From contig CAZTJR010000005.1 of the NCBI GenBank assembly GCA_964613795.1, positions 35,656 through 99,655 on the forward strand: a stretch of 64,000 bases of DNA, written 5' to 3'. The translations under genes were made by a program, and so were the position numbers. Shown piece by piece: positions 9,846 through 18,949 of this stretch. Every line of letters begins with the position of its first letter. The first letter of the stretch is position 1. A model generated the notes under the pieces. It was given only the letters and a program-made list of their open reading frames with translations. It had not been told where the DNA came from and did no database searches. Origin of the DNA: an uncultured Alteromonadaceae bacterium (GTDB lineage Bacteria > Pseudomonadota > Gammaproteobacteria > Pseudomonadales > Halieaceae).

Positions 9846-10189
9846 TGTTCGTCGATCTCCCGGATTTCTTCTTCTTCAACAGTGCCATAGGCATCCTTGA
9901 TGCGGACAACCAGGGCGAGCGCGAGTGCCAGAGTGGCGATGCCGACGACGATAGCCGTCAATATGAGCACGTGGGGCAGGGGATTTGAGTAAAGCGTGAC
10001 GCCATCCACGAGAATCGGCGCCGTCCCGCCATCGACCTTGCCCACGCTGATATAAAAAATGAACACCGACGTCTGGAAGATATTCAGACCAATGAGTTTC
10101 TTGACCAGATTACCGCGCACAATCACGCTGTAGAAACCGATCATCATCAGAGCGATAACCACCCAGTAATTGTAGAGGTCCATGATCAC
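9842..10189 (-). CDS. mrpC: Mrp antiporter subunit C (NuoK-like)
   Basis: 115 aa with three TM helices. The size, hydrophobic pattern and position before the D subunits are typical of MrpC/MnhC. Confidence 0.85.
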   Translation of the reverse strand: MIMDLYNYWVVIALMMIGFYSVIVRGNLVKKLIGLNIFQTSVFIFYISVGKVDGGTAPILVDGVTLYSNPLPHVLILTAIVVGIATLALALALVVRIKDAYGTVEEEEIREIDEQ

Positions 10190-11187
10190 CGCGAGCTCTC
10201 CGGGTGCGCGGCATCCGACCGCGAGGTAAAGGCAAAGAAAATCAGGATCATGGTCGACGCCACCGTGACACCCACGCCCAGCTCAATGACGATGATGCCC
10301 AGATGCTGCCCACTCACGGGATCGTCGCTGAGCACGGAGTAGTCGAGAAATGTGCCGCCAGACAGCATGCTCACCACGCCGACACTGCCATAGACAAGCA
10401 CGCCAATGGCAGCGAGCGCACGCAGCACGGCAGGGCGGGCGACACTCTGCGCCGCGTGTAAGCCAAACAGCATGCTGTAAAGAATAATCGCCGCAGCGAA
10501 GATCACCCCTGCCTGGAAGCCTCCGCCTGGGCCGTACTCTCCGTGGAACTGCACGTAGAGTGCAAACAGCAATATCAGCGGTATAAGCATTTCACTGATC
10601 AGGCGCAGCACCAGGTGGTCTGCCATGCGCACCGGACTTTCGCGACCTTCACGCGGCCCTGAAAGCAGGCCCAGCAAGGACAGAACACCGACGGCAGCGG
10701 TGAAGATCACCACAGCCTCCCCAAAGGTGTCATAACCGCGATAGCTGGCAAGGACGGATGTGACGACGTTGGGAATATCGATTTCACGCGCCGACTCTTC
10801 CAGATAGCGTACGGCGACGTGGCTGCTGGCCGGACTGCCGGGATCGCCAAAGGCCGGCATGTCCAGAGTACCCACCACCAGCATCAGCCCCGTCACAACG
10901 ACCAGAAGCAGCGCAAATAGTGCGTGGGAGTGAGAGCTGTTCTCGTAGCGCCCGGTCAGCTTGAGCACCGACAGGAACAACAGCGGAGATATCCCGGCAC
11001 CAACGGCGGCCTCAGTGAAGGCAACGTCAACGGCGTCAAGAGAAACGAAGAAGGCGGCGGAGAGAAGACCATAGATGCCCGACAGCATGACAATCGCAAA
11101 AAGATCCTTCATCCGCGCAATCGCCAAAGCGGTAACGAGCAGCAGGGCAAGGACGACGACATCAACGATAAGTGCGAAATCGATCAT
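10186..11187 (-). CDS. fused MrpB-type subunit (DUF4040-like N-terminus plus MnhB-type segments)
   Basis: 333 aa. The N-terminal ~85 aa resemble DUF4040 / the MrpA C-terminal module. The middle carries VTSVLASYRGYDTFGEAVV (MnhB signature). The C-terminal segment carries HGEYGPGGGFQAGV (MnhB-related). Confidence 0.8.
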   Translation of the reverse strand: MIDFALIVDVVVLALLLVTALAIARMKDLFAIVMLSGIYGLLSAAFFVSLDAVDVAFTEAAVGAGISPLLFLSVLKLTGRYENSSHSHALFALLLVVVTGLMLVVGTLDMPAFGDPGSPASSHVAVRYLEESAREIDIPNVVTSVLASYRGYDTFGEAVVIFTAAVGVLSLLGLLSGPREGRESPVRMADHLVLRLISEMLIPLILLFALYVQFHGEYGPGGGFQAGVIFAAAIILYSMLFGLHAAQSVARPAVLRALAAIGVLVYGSVGVVSMLSGGTFLDYSVLSDDPVSGQHLGIIVIELGVGVTVASTMILIFFAFTSRSDAAHPESSR

Positions 11188-11507
11188 GGTGAACCTGCCT
11201 CCGGATCATCACCTTCCGCGCGCAGCCGGCCGTGACGCGCTGCTTTGGTCAGAGCGTGGCTGGCCGTCGGGCTGGTGATGAGCACGAACAACATGATGAA
11301 TAAAAGTTTGAACAAGCCGATACTCCAACCCACTTCCAGCATCAGCACAAGCACAATGAAAAACGCCGCCAGCGTTTCGGTGACACCTGCTGCATGCATA
11401 CGGGAATAAAAATCGGGCAGGCGCATAACACCAAGCCCTCCGCTGAGAATCAGTACGATGCCGAACACCGCGAAAACGCCACTTGCGATAGTGATGACAG
11501 TGTCCAT
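11184..11507 (-). CDS. mrpG: Mrp antiporter subunit G
   Basis: 107 aa. LGVMRLPDFYSRMHAAGVTETL is the typical MnhG/PhaG motif. Confidence 0.85.
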   Translation of the reverse strand: MDTVITIASGVFAVFGIVLILSGGLGVMRLPDFYSRMHAAGVTETLAAFFIVLVLMLEVGWSIGLFKLLFIMLFVLITSPTASHALTKAARHGRLRAEGDDPEAGSP

Positions 11508-11509
11508 GA

Positions 11510-11782
11510 TCAGCGATCTTCCGTCGGTTCGCCGCCGTACTCGAAATACCGAAGTACGCCAATAATGCTGATGAAATTGATCAGGGCGTAAACCAGGGCA
11601 ATATCGAGATAGTCGGGTCTGCCTGCAAGGACGCTGACCACGGCGATGAGAAGCACGGTCTTGGTGCCGAAGAGGTTTACGGCGAGAATACGGTCATAGA
11701 TGGTTGGACCGACCAGCGCCCGCGCAATAGCGATCGCCATGACAACGAGGAGGGCAGCGCCTATGGCCGCGAGCATGGCCAT
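11510..11782 (-). CDS. mrpF: Mrp antiporter subunit F
   Basis: 90 aa from ATG 11782 (MAMLAAIGAALLVV...GPTIYDRILAVNLFGTK...). The 321-aa track ORF (to 12475) is an over-extension through mrpE in another frame. This ATG shares 1 nt with the mrpE TGA (TGATG). Confidence 0.8.
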   Translation of the reverse strand: MAMLAAIGAALLVVMAIAIARALVGPTIYDRILAVNLFGTKTVLLIAVVSVLAGRPDYLDIALVYALINFISIIGVLRYFEYGGEPTEDR

Positions 11783-12255
11783 CAGCGCTCCAGACCCTGA
11801 ACGCGCCGGGCCATTTCGCCACTCTCCAGATCGGCAACACCATCGCGCGTGAGCGAATGAACGAGAATGGTGCCTCCGGGTACGTCGACATCCATGGCGA
11901 CTGTTCCCGGTGTCAGTGTGATGGAGTTGGCGTAAATGACTTTTCCCGCATCGCTCAGTGCCGGCAGGGGAATGCGTGCAACGGTCGGAGAAATCGCTTC
12001 GCGTCCCATCCATATGCAGCGCACGACATCGATATTGCTCTTGACGATCTGCACCGCCAGCCAGGCACAGTAGCCTGGCGTACGGGCAATGCTGATCGGC
12101 CGACTGCCAGAACCGACGACCCTCAGACGCCACGTTAGCCAGGCGGTCAGCGCTATCGACGCCACGCCAAGAGACAGCAACAGGGGCTTGAACATCCCCG
12201 AGTTGCTGACCCAAAAAACAGCCAGCACCGCAATCAATGTCAGGAGTGATCTCAT
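11782..12255 (-). CDS. mrpE: Mrp antiporter subunit E
   Basis: 157 aa. Two N-terminal TM helices then a soluble domain (ITLTPGTVAMDV...LVHSL), typical of MnhE. First gene of the operon. Confidence 0.8.
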   Translation of the reverse strand: MRSLLTLIAVLAVFWVSNSGMFKPLLLSLGVASIALTAWLTWRLRVVGSGSRPISIARTPGYCAWLAVQIVKSNIDVVRCIWMGREAISPTVARIPLPALSDAGKVIYANSITLTPGTVAMDVDVPGGTILVHSLTRDGVADLESGEMARRVQGLER

Positions 12256-12458
12256 GGCGATTTGAGGTTCCGTCCGTCGTGCCTGTTATTGGAAGGTTGG
12301 GGAGATTACACGCAGTGCCATACGCAGGTCCAGCATCTGCCCGATCATATATGTCGGAAAAAGCATGAAGAGGCGTACATCGATACCCGCGACTTGCCCA
12401 GAACAGTCGGCGCCCATACCATGTCACGCCCGGCAGACGAAAGGCTTCCGAAGCAGAT

Positions 12459-13277
12459 ATGTTCGACCTCGACAAGCGGCCACCCGACTCCAGGCAAGAC
12501 GCCTTGCACGTGGTTTTTCAGGGTGGCAGGCTCATCAGCGATATGCGATCCCGGCATCCCTGCGTGCACACGGAAGCCGACCTCATTATCAACGGCTGGC
12601 AAACACGGCGCGAACAATTTATCGGCCACTGGCAGAATCAGCCCTGTTTCGCGCTTGAAATCGACGATCTGCAGCACGTCGATCTGATGCGGCATCAGGT
12701 AGTCACCCTGTATGAGTTGCTTGGACGCGTCGATGACGCCCTGTTCGCTCTGGCCGGGCGAGCGCAGCAGTTGCTTGAATGGGAGCGCGATCATCGGTAC
12801 TGCGGACGCTGCGGTAATCCCACCGAGATCCTGCCCGCCGAACGCGCCATGCGATGCCAGACGTGTGAAATAGCGCTCTACCCGCGTATTTCACCCTGCA
12901 TTATCGTTCTGGTCACGCGCGGTGAATATCTTCTCCTCGCGCGGCACACTCGGTATCGGCGTCCGATGTACAGCACCCTGGCCGGTTTTATCGAAGCCGG
13001 GGAAAACGCGGAGCAGTGTCTGCGGCGCGAGGTCAGAGAGGAAGTCGGCATCGATGTCGACGACATCCGCTACTTCGATTCCCAGGCCTGGCCGTTTCCG
13101 AGCCAACTGATGCTCGGCTACTTCGCCGACTATCGAAGCGGCAATATATGCTGCGATCCGCGCGAAATCGCTGAGGCAGACTGGTATCATTACACCGATC
13201 TGCCGCCTGTCCCGCCGGAAACCTCGATCGCGGGGCAATTGATTCGTCACCACGTTACCCGAGTATCAACCCGGTAA
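12459..13277 (+). CDS. nudC: NAD+ diphosphatase / NADH pyrophosphatase (Nudix)
   Basis: 272 aa. Zinc ribbon CGRCGNPT...CQTC followed by Nudix box GFIEAGENAEQCLRREVREEVGI. Confidence 0.85.
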   Translation: MFDLDKRPPDSRQDALHVVFQGGRLISDMRSRHPCVHTEADLIINGWQTRREQFIGHWQNQPCFALEIDDLQHVDLMRHQVVTLYELLGRVDDALFALAGRAQQLLEWERDHRYCGRCGNPTEILPAERAMRCQTCEIALYPRISPCIIVLVTRGEYLLLARHTRYRRPMYSTLAGFIEAGENAEQCLRREVREEVGIDVDDIRYFDSQAWPFPSQLMLGYFADYRSGNICCDPREIAEADWYHYTDLPPVPPETSIAGQLIRHHVTRVSTR

Positions 13278-13315
13278 AGCACCGTCTTAATGCCCTTGCG
13301 GCAGGAGCTCATTGC

Positions 13316-14401
13316 ATGGAGTTTTTATCCGAATTGGGATTGTTTGCGGCGCAGGCCGTCACACTGGTTGTCCTCATTCTCTTGCTGGCGCTGGGCCTTG
13401 TCGCCATTTCTCATCGGCAGCGTGGAGACCATGAAGGCCACATTGAAATAACCCGGATCAACCAGCGCGCGGAACATGTCAGCGACACGCTAAACCACGC
13501 CATTAACGACCCACAGACATGGAAAGCCACGGCCAAGGCGAGGAAAAAAGCCGAAAAAGTGAAGGTCAAACAACGTAAAAAAGCGTTAAAGGCAAAAAAA
13601 GATAGCAGTGCCCAGCCGTCATCGACCGATGCGCCGCGGCGTGAACGTCCCGTGCTCTTCGTCCTCGATTTCGACGGTGACATGCACGCCTCTGCCACCG
13701 ACAATCTCAGAGAAGAAATATCGGCAATCGTGCCGCAGCTGAAGACGGGGGATGAAGTCCTGGTGCGATTGGAGAGCCCGGGCGGCGTCGTGCATGGCTA
13801 TGGCCTGGCCGCCAGCCAGCTGCGCCGCATCCGTGACACCGGCGCCCCCTTAACAGTCTGCGTTGACAAGGTGGCTGCCAGTGGCGGCTACATGATGGCC
13901 TGTGTTGCCGATCGCATTGTCGCAGCGCCGTTCGCCGTTATCGGTTCAATCGGCGTTCTTGCGCAGCTGCCGAACTTTCATCGCCTGCTGAAAAAGAACG
14001 ATATCGATTTTGAGCTTCTCACTGCGGGGGAATATAAGCGCACGCTGACACTGTTCGGTGAAAACACCGACAAGGGGCGGCAGAAGTTTGTAGAGGAACT
14101 GGAAGAGACCCATGCCCTGTTCAAGCACTTTGTAAAGGATAACCGCCCGGCGCTGGATATCGACCGCGTGGCCACAGGCGAAATCTGGTACGGACAACAG
14201 GCTCTTGACGAGGGCCTGGTCGATGCGCTGTCGACGTCAGATGCGATGATACAGGCGAGGCTTGACGACAGCGACGTTTTTGAAATCCGCTTTGTACGCA
14301 AGCGCAATTGGCAGGAGAAGCTGGGGATGGCTGCGGGGTCGGCCGTAGAGCGCAGTCTACTGCGGCTGTGGCAGCACGGCGTTTCCCGCCGCCTGCACTG
14401 A
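13316..14401 (+). CDS. sohB: inner-membrane peptidase S49 family protease SohB
   Basis: 361 aa, collinear with E. coli SohB as I recall it (MEFLSELGLFAAQ..., LRLESPGGVVHGYGLAASQL, VDKVAASGGYMMACVAD, ATGEIWYGQQALDEGLVD). Confidence 0.85.
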   Translation: MEFLSELGLFAAQAVTLVVLILLLALGLVAISHRQRGDHEGHIEITRINQRAEHVSDTLNHAINDPQTWKATAKARKKAEKVKVKQRKKALKAKKDSSAQPSSTDAPRRERPVLFVLDFDGDMHASATDNLREEISAIVPQLKTGDEVLVRLESPGGVVHGYGLAASQLRRIRDTGAPLTVCVDKVAASGGYMMACVADRIVAAPFAVIGSIGVLAQLPNFHRLLKKNDIDFELLTAGEYKRTLTLFGENTDKGRQKFVEELEETHALFKHFVKDNRPALDIDRVATGEIWYGQQALDEGLVDALSTSDAMIQARLDDSDVFEIRFVRKRNWQEKLGMAAGSAVERSLLRLWQHGVSRRLH

Positions 14402-16135
14402 TTACTCTACTGCAACGCCACCGAGCGGACGCAGTGATTCGACGGCCTGGTGCTGTGACAGATAAACCTGACCGCTGAGCGAATCGAGAAAGTCCGTGCG
14501 GCGCAGGGCATCCATGACCGGCCCCTTCACTTCGCTCAGATGCAGGGCAATACCCTGCTCCCTGAGGCGGTGATCAATCTGTTCGAGTGTTTCCAGCGCA
14601 CTCAGGTCAATTTCGTTCACTGCCGTACACTGCAATATGATATGGCGCAGGTCCTGCCGACCGGCGACGATCGCATAGACTGCACTCTCCAAATAGCTTG
14701 CATTGGCAAAATACAGACTCTCGTCGACGCGTATGGACACGATGGAGGGGTAAGTAATGACATCGTGGCGCATGACGTTGCGAAAATGCTCTGTGCCGGG
14801 AACCTCACCGACAACGGCGATGTGCGGACGCGTCGTCTTGTGCAGGTGCAGGGCGACGGACACCACAATGCCCGCGAGAACACCAAGTTCCACGCCGAGG
14901 GCAAGCGTCGCAACAATAGTCACCGTCACTGCAATAAAGTCACGGCGCGAATAGCGCCACGCGCGACGCAGCAGCGCAATATCAATGAGCGAGGTCACGG
15001 CCACGATAATAGTGGCGGCAAGAGTGGCCTGCGGCAGGTAGTACAGAACCGGCGTGAGAAACAGCGTAGCAAGGGCAATGCCCAGTGCCGCCATGACACC
15101 GGCCATCTGGGTCTGTGCGCCCGCATCGAAATTCACCACGGAGCGGGAAAACCCGCCCGTTACCGGAAATCCGGAAGATAAGGACGACGCCACGTTTGCG
15201 GCACCCAGCGCCACTAATTCCTGATTGGGGTTGATGTTCTGTCGGCGTTTCGCGCCCAGTGTCTTGCCAACGGACACCGATTCGACAAAGCCGATGAGGC
15301 TGATCAGCAGTGCGGACACTGCCAGCTCCGACCACAGTGCCACGCTGAAGACCGGCGTGCTGAACGCCGGCAGGCCGCTCGGCACCACCCCGACCACGGC
15401 CACACCCTTGGCCTCAAGGCCAGCGCCGTAGCTGATCCACGTGGTAACCGCAATCACCAGAACGGGCCCCGCCTTGGCACAGATCTCAGCGACCGCGGCC
15501 GGCACTCCAACCACCTGCAGAAGCCTGGCTAGATCCCGCCGTATCCACAGCAGCACCAGCAGGGCACCGACGCCAACCAGGAGCGTCGGCAGACTGAAGC
15601 CTGACAGCTCACCGAGCATACTGCCGAACAAGGCAGGGAGGTTGTCACCGTGCCCGGCTATACCGGCGATATGCCGGATCTGGCTGATCGCGATGATGAT
15701 CCCCGATGCCGTGATGAAGCCACTGACCACCGAATGGGAAAGCAGGTTGGCCAGCTCGCCGAAACGGAGCAAGCCCATGCCGATCAGCATGAGTCCTGAT
15801 ATCATTGCCATGGCGACCGCCGCGCTTGCGTAGTCTGCGCTACCGTTGGCAGCGACCTTTCCCACTGCGGTAGCCGTCATCAGCGATATCACAGCGACGG
15901 GGCCTACCGAAAGAGTGCGGCTGGTGCCGAAGACGGCGTAGAGCACCAGAGGCAGAATACTGGCATACAGCCCCATTTCCGCCGGTAGGCCGGCGAGCAT
16001 GGCGTAGGCCAGTGACTGCGGTATCAGCATCACCGTAACGATGACCGCAGCCAGCAGATCGTTCGCGGCCATCCCGCGGTGATAGCTGCGAAGCCATTCC
16101 ATTGGCGGCAGCCACCGCCCGGGATTGAGCTTCAT
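14402..16135 (-). CDS. SulP-family anion permease with C-terminal STAS domain
   Basis: 577 aa. N-terminal SulP signature region (YAMLAGLPAEMGLYASILPLVLYAVFGTSR), polytopic core and a STAS-like C-terminus. Start overlaps the SQR stop by 4 nt. Confidence 0.9.
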   Translation of the reverse strand: MKLNPGRWLPPMEWLRSYHRGMAANDLLAAVIVTVMLIPQSLAYAMLAGLPAEMGLYASILPLVLYAVFGTSRTLSVGPVAVISLMTATAVGKVAANGSADYASAAVAMAMISGLMLIGMGLLRFGELANLLSHSVVSGFITASGIIIAISQIRHIAGIAGHGDNLPALFGSMLGELSGFSLPTLLVGVGALLVLLWIRRDLARLLQVVGVPAAVAEICAKAGPVLVIAVTTWISYGAGLEAKGVAVVGVVPSGLPAFSTPVFSVALWSELAVSALLISLIGFVESVSVGKTLGAKRRQNINPNQELVALGAANVASSLSSGFPVTGGFSRSVVNFDAGAQTQMAGVMAALGIALATLFLTPVLYYLPQATLAATIIVAVTSLIDIALLRRAWRYSRRDFIAVTVTIVATLALGVELGVLAGIVVSVALHLHKTTRPHIAVVGEVPGTEHFRNVMRHDVITYPSIVSIRVDESLYFANASYLESAVYAIVAGRQDLRHIILQCTAVNEIDLSALETLEQIDHRLREQGIALHLSEVKGPVMDALRRTDFLDSLSGQVYLSQHQAVESLRPLGGVAVE

Positions 16136-17829
16136 GCGTCAGAGGAGACCGGTTTGCTTCGCTCTGGGTTTACCATCCACTCACGTCCTTTCAACATGGC
16201 TTTCCAGTAGACAGGCGGCAAAATTCGCTCCTTCAGCAGCCACGCCATGCGCGACGGTCTTTGCCCGTTAATAATCCAGCGCGGAAAACTGGGCAGCAAC
16301 TTGCCGCCGTAGCCAAATTCCGCGAGCACTATCTTGCCACGCTCAACGGTCAACGGACAGGACCCGTAACCATTGTAGTGTGAGACACCAGACGCCAGGC
16401 CAGCGTGCTGGAGCAGGTTGTTGGCAACGATTGGCGCCTGCATACGCGCCGCGGCGGCGGTCTTTGCGTTCGGGGCGTTCATGGCATCTCCCACGCCCCA
16501 GACGTTTTCGTAGGTTCGGTGCTGCAGCGTGTTCTGGTCGACATCAATCCAGCCGGCCGCATCTGCCAGCGGACTCTCGCGTACCACGTCGGGTGCAACC
16601 TGGGGAGGGCAGACATGCAGCATATCAAATTCGGTGCATACCTCGACGGTTTCGCCCGCGTCATTCGTAGTGGCAAACCAGGCCATGCGCCCGGGCCCAT
16701 CAACGCGAACAAGACGGAAGCCAAAATTGAGTTCGGCGTTGTACGCCTCCATGTATGACATCAGCGCCGGAACGTATTCTTTCACCCCGAAGAGAACCTG
16801 GCCGGCATTATAAAAGGCAATTTCCATATTCTTCAGTGCGCCGCTGCGCTTCCAGTGGTCCGCGGAAAGATAAAGCGCTTTCTGCGGTGCGCCGGCGCAC
16901 TTGATCGGCATGGGCGGCTGCGTGAACACGGCACGGCCACTGCGCAGTGAGCTCACCAGTTCCCAGGTATAGGGCGCAAGATCAAAGCGATAGTTGGACG
17001 TGACGCCATTTCGCCCGAGGGTTTCCACCAGTCCGTCAATGCCGTTCCAGTCGAGCTTGATGCCCGGCGCGGCAACCAGCCGATCATAATAGATCGGACG
17101 GGCATCCTCGAGCAGCACCCGGTTTTGCTCGGGCTCGAAGTTCCCCACCGCCGCCTGTATCCAGGTGACTCCCTGCGGGATCAGCGATGCCGTGGTCTTG
17201 ACGGTTTCCTCCTGCGTAAACACACCCGCGCCAACCAGAGTCCAGCCCGGTTGGTAGTAGTGCACCTGTGCCGGGTCGATAATGGCGATGGACAGGTCCT
17301 GGGTCCGCGCACGCAGACTGGAAGCGACTGAGATACCGGCAGCGCCTGCACCCACGATGACCACATCGAAATGATCCCTGCGACGACCGGTATCCTCAGC
17401 CGAGGCTGTATCGGCAGTAATACCCAGAGCCTCGGCGAGGTCAAAGCCATGTTCGCGGGCACGCGAGAGCAGCGTCTCGTCGCTAACACCAAGACGCCGC
17501 TGATAGAGACTCCAGAGGGTCATGGACCGCGTGCCCGTCCGGCAGAATGCATGTACGGGCTTCTCGAGCGACTCGAATGCCGACAGGAATTCATCCACAT
17601 TTTTTTCATTTACCTTGCCTGAAATCACCGGCACGTGTGCCACCTGAAGCCCGTAGCTGTGTGCCGCCGACTCGACTTCGGCGAATGTGGGCTGGTCGTT
17701 GGCCTCCCCATCGGGTCGACTGCATAGCAGTGACCTGACGCCCATAGACGCCAATGTCTCAATGTCCTGCAGCTGGATTTGCGGTGAAACCGAAAACTCG
17801 TCACTGACCTTGATCACGTTGATGCTCAT
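16132..17829 (-). CDS. sqr: DUF442 (Blh-type sulfurtransferase/phosphatase-like) domain fused to a type II-like sulfide:quinone oxidoreductase
   Basis: 565 aa. The N-terminal ~130 aa carry a DUF442-type CRTGTRS loop (HAFCRTGTRS). They are followed by FAD fold FDVVIVGAGAAGISVA and SQR cysteine motifs IKCAGAPQK and YGSCPLTVERGK. 4-nt overlaps with both neighbours. Confidence 0.85.
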   Translation of the reverse strand: MSINVIKVSDEFSVSPQIQLQDIETLASMGVRSLLCSRPDGEANDQPTFAEVESAAHSYGLQVAHVPVISGKVNEKNVDEFLSAFESLEKPVHAFCRTGTRSMTLWSLYQRRLGVSDETLLSRAREHGFDLAEALGITADTASAEDTGRRRDHFDVVIVGAGAAGISVASSLRARTQDLSIAIIDPAQVHYYQPGWTLVGAGVFTQEETVKTTASLIPQGVTWIQAAVGNFEPEQNRVLLEDARPIYYDRLVAAPGIKLDWNGIDGLVETLGRNGVTSNYRFDLAPYTWELVSSLRSGRAVFTQPPMPIKCAGAPQKALYLSADHWKRSGALKNMEIAFYNAGQVLFGVKEYVPALMSYMEAYNAELNFGFRLVRVDGPGRMAWFATTNDAGETVEVCTEFDMLHVCPPQVAPDVVRESPLADAAGWIDVDQNTLQHRTYENVWGVGDAMNAPNAKTAAAARMQAPIVANNLLQHAGLASGVSHYNGYGSCPLTVERGKIVLAEFGYGGKLLPSFPRWIINGQRPSRMAWLLKERILPPVYWKAMLKGREWMVNPERSKPVSSDA

Positions 17830-18767
17830 ATGCCTGTCTCCTGGTCCGGGGCGAGCCTGGACAGTGTCGGACCGCCGAAGGCATTCAGCGGTATCTTGAG
17901 GAAAAATCGACCATCCGCCTCTGGCGGCGGCATGTGGCCGGCTCGCATGTTGACCTGCAGCGAGGGCAGGATGAGCTTTGGCATGCCAAGTGTCGCGTCG
18001 CGTTTTTCCCGCATATCGACGAACCCCGCCTCGCTTACCCCATCCCGAACATGGATATTGTTCTCTCTCTCTGCTGCTACCGTTGTCTCGAACTCCAGCT
18101 CGCGTCCATTCGGCAGATAGTCGTGGCAGACAAATATGCGGGTTTCCGGGGGCAGGGCCAGTATGCGTTTGATAGAGCGATATAGTGTGGCTGCATCACC
18201 ACCGGGAAAATCGCAGCGTGCAGTCCCATAGTCCGGCATGAAAAGGGTATCACCGACAAAAACCGCATCACCGATCACGTAGCTCATGCAGGCCGGTGTG
18301 TGTCCCGGTGTATGCATGGCGTAGCCGGTGACCCCGCCAATATCAATGGCGTCACCTTCAGCGAGGAGTACATCAAACTGGGAACCGTCATCGCGGAAAC
18401 CGGGGCCCGCATCAAAAATTTTGCCGAAGGTATCCTGTACCGTACAGATATGGTTGCCGATAGCGATGCGTCCACCGAGCTCCTGCTTGACATAAGGCGC
18501 TGCGGAAAGGTGATCCGCGTGAACGTGGGTCTCGAGAATCCAGTCCAGCGTCAACTGGTTTTCTCGGATATAGGCGATAACGCGATCCGCGCCCTCGTAG
18601 TTGATCGTGCCCGATGCGTAATCGAGGTCCAGCACAGAATCGACCAGCGCACAGTGCTCGCTTTGCGGGTCCCGTACGATATAGGTGAGCGTGTTTGTCG
18701 GTTCGTCAAAAAAGGGAATGACGTCGGGCATTCCGGTCGCGGCAGCATGTGTTTGAGTCATGGGCAT
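17826..18767 (-). CDS. persulfide dioxygenase (ETHE1/Blh-like MBL-fold, type II PDO-like)
   Basis: The track ORF (to 18848) runs through the sigma54 promoter, so it is over-extended. ATG 18767 is preceded by AGGAGA 5 nt upstream. An alternative start is ATG 18731 (MPDVIPFFDE...). MBL motif ETHVHADHLS, plus HTPGHTPAC. Confidence 0.85.
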   Translation of the reverse strand: MPMTQTHAAATGMPDVIPFFDEPTNTLTYIVRDPQSEHCALVDSVLDLDYASGTINYEGADRVIAYIRENQLTLDWILETHVHADHLSAAPYVKQELGGRIAIGNHICTVQDTFGKIFDAGPGFRDDGSQFDVLLAEGDAIDIGGVTGYAMHTPGHTPACMSYVIGDAVFVGDTLFMPDYGTARCDFPGGDAATLYRSIKRILALPPETRIFVCHDYLPNGRELEFETTVAAERENNIHVRDGVSEAGFVDMREKRDATLGMPKLILPSLQVNMRAGHMPPPEADGRFFLKIPLNAFGGPTLSRLAPDQETGI

Positions 18768-18843
18768 CTGTCTCCTGTTTTTGCAGCCATCATGTCTCTG
18801 TTTCAACAGCGGGCTGCCTATGCAAAAGTGCTCATAGGGCTGT

Positions 18844-18859
18844 TGCAACCTCTGTGCCA
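18844..18859 (-). promoter_or_regulatory. sigma54 (-24/-12) promoter of the pdo-sqr-sulP operon
   Basis: The minus strand reads TGGCAC-AGAGG-TTGCA, a perfect match to the TGGCAC-N5-TTGCW consensus. It lies ~77 nt upstream of ATG 18767 and divergent from a sigma54 enhancer-binding protein gene. Confidence 0.8.
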
Positions 18860-18917
18860 GCGGGCGAAAGAAAAGCCGCCAGCGATCGCATATCGTTGTT
18901 ATACATTACGTTTCTTT

Positions 18918-18947
18918 AAAAAAGCCAGGGGTTTCAGGACCACCGGC
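18918..18947 (-). terminator. terminator-like hairpin plus U6 on the minus strand, upstream of the sigma54 promoter
   Basis: Minus-strand RNA would read GCCGGUGG-UCCUGAAA-CCCCUGGC-UUUUUU. The 8-bp stem has one G-U pair and one mismatch. Its role is unclear; the tract may simply be the AT-rich bending region between enhancer and promoter. Confidence 0.3.
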
Positions 18948-18949
18948 GA

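Noticed and set aside
11783-12475. 5' part of the 321-aa track ORF that ends at 11510
   Set aside because: Only the last 90 codons look like MrpF. The upstream part overlaps mrpE in another frame and is Arg/Cys/Gly-rich. The internal ATG at 11782 is coupled to the mrpE stop.
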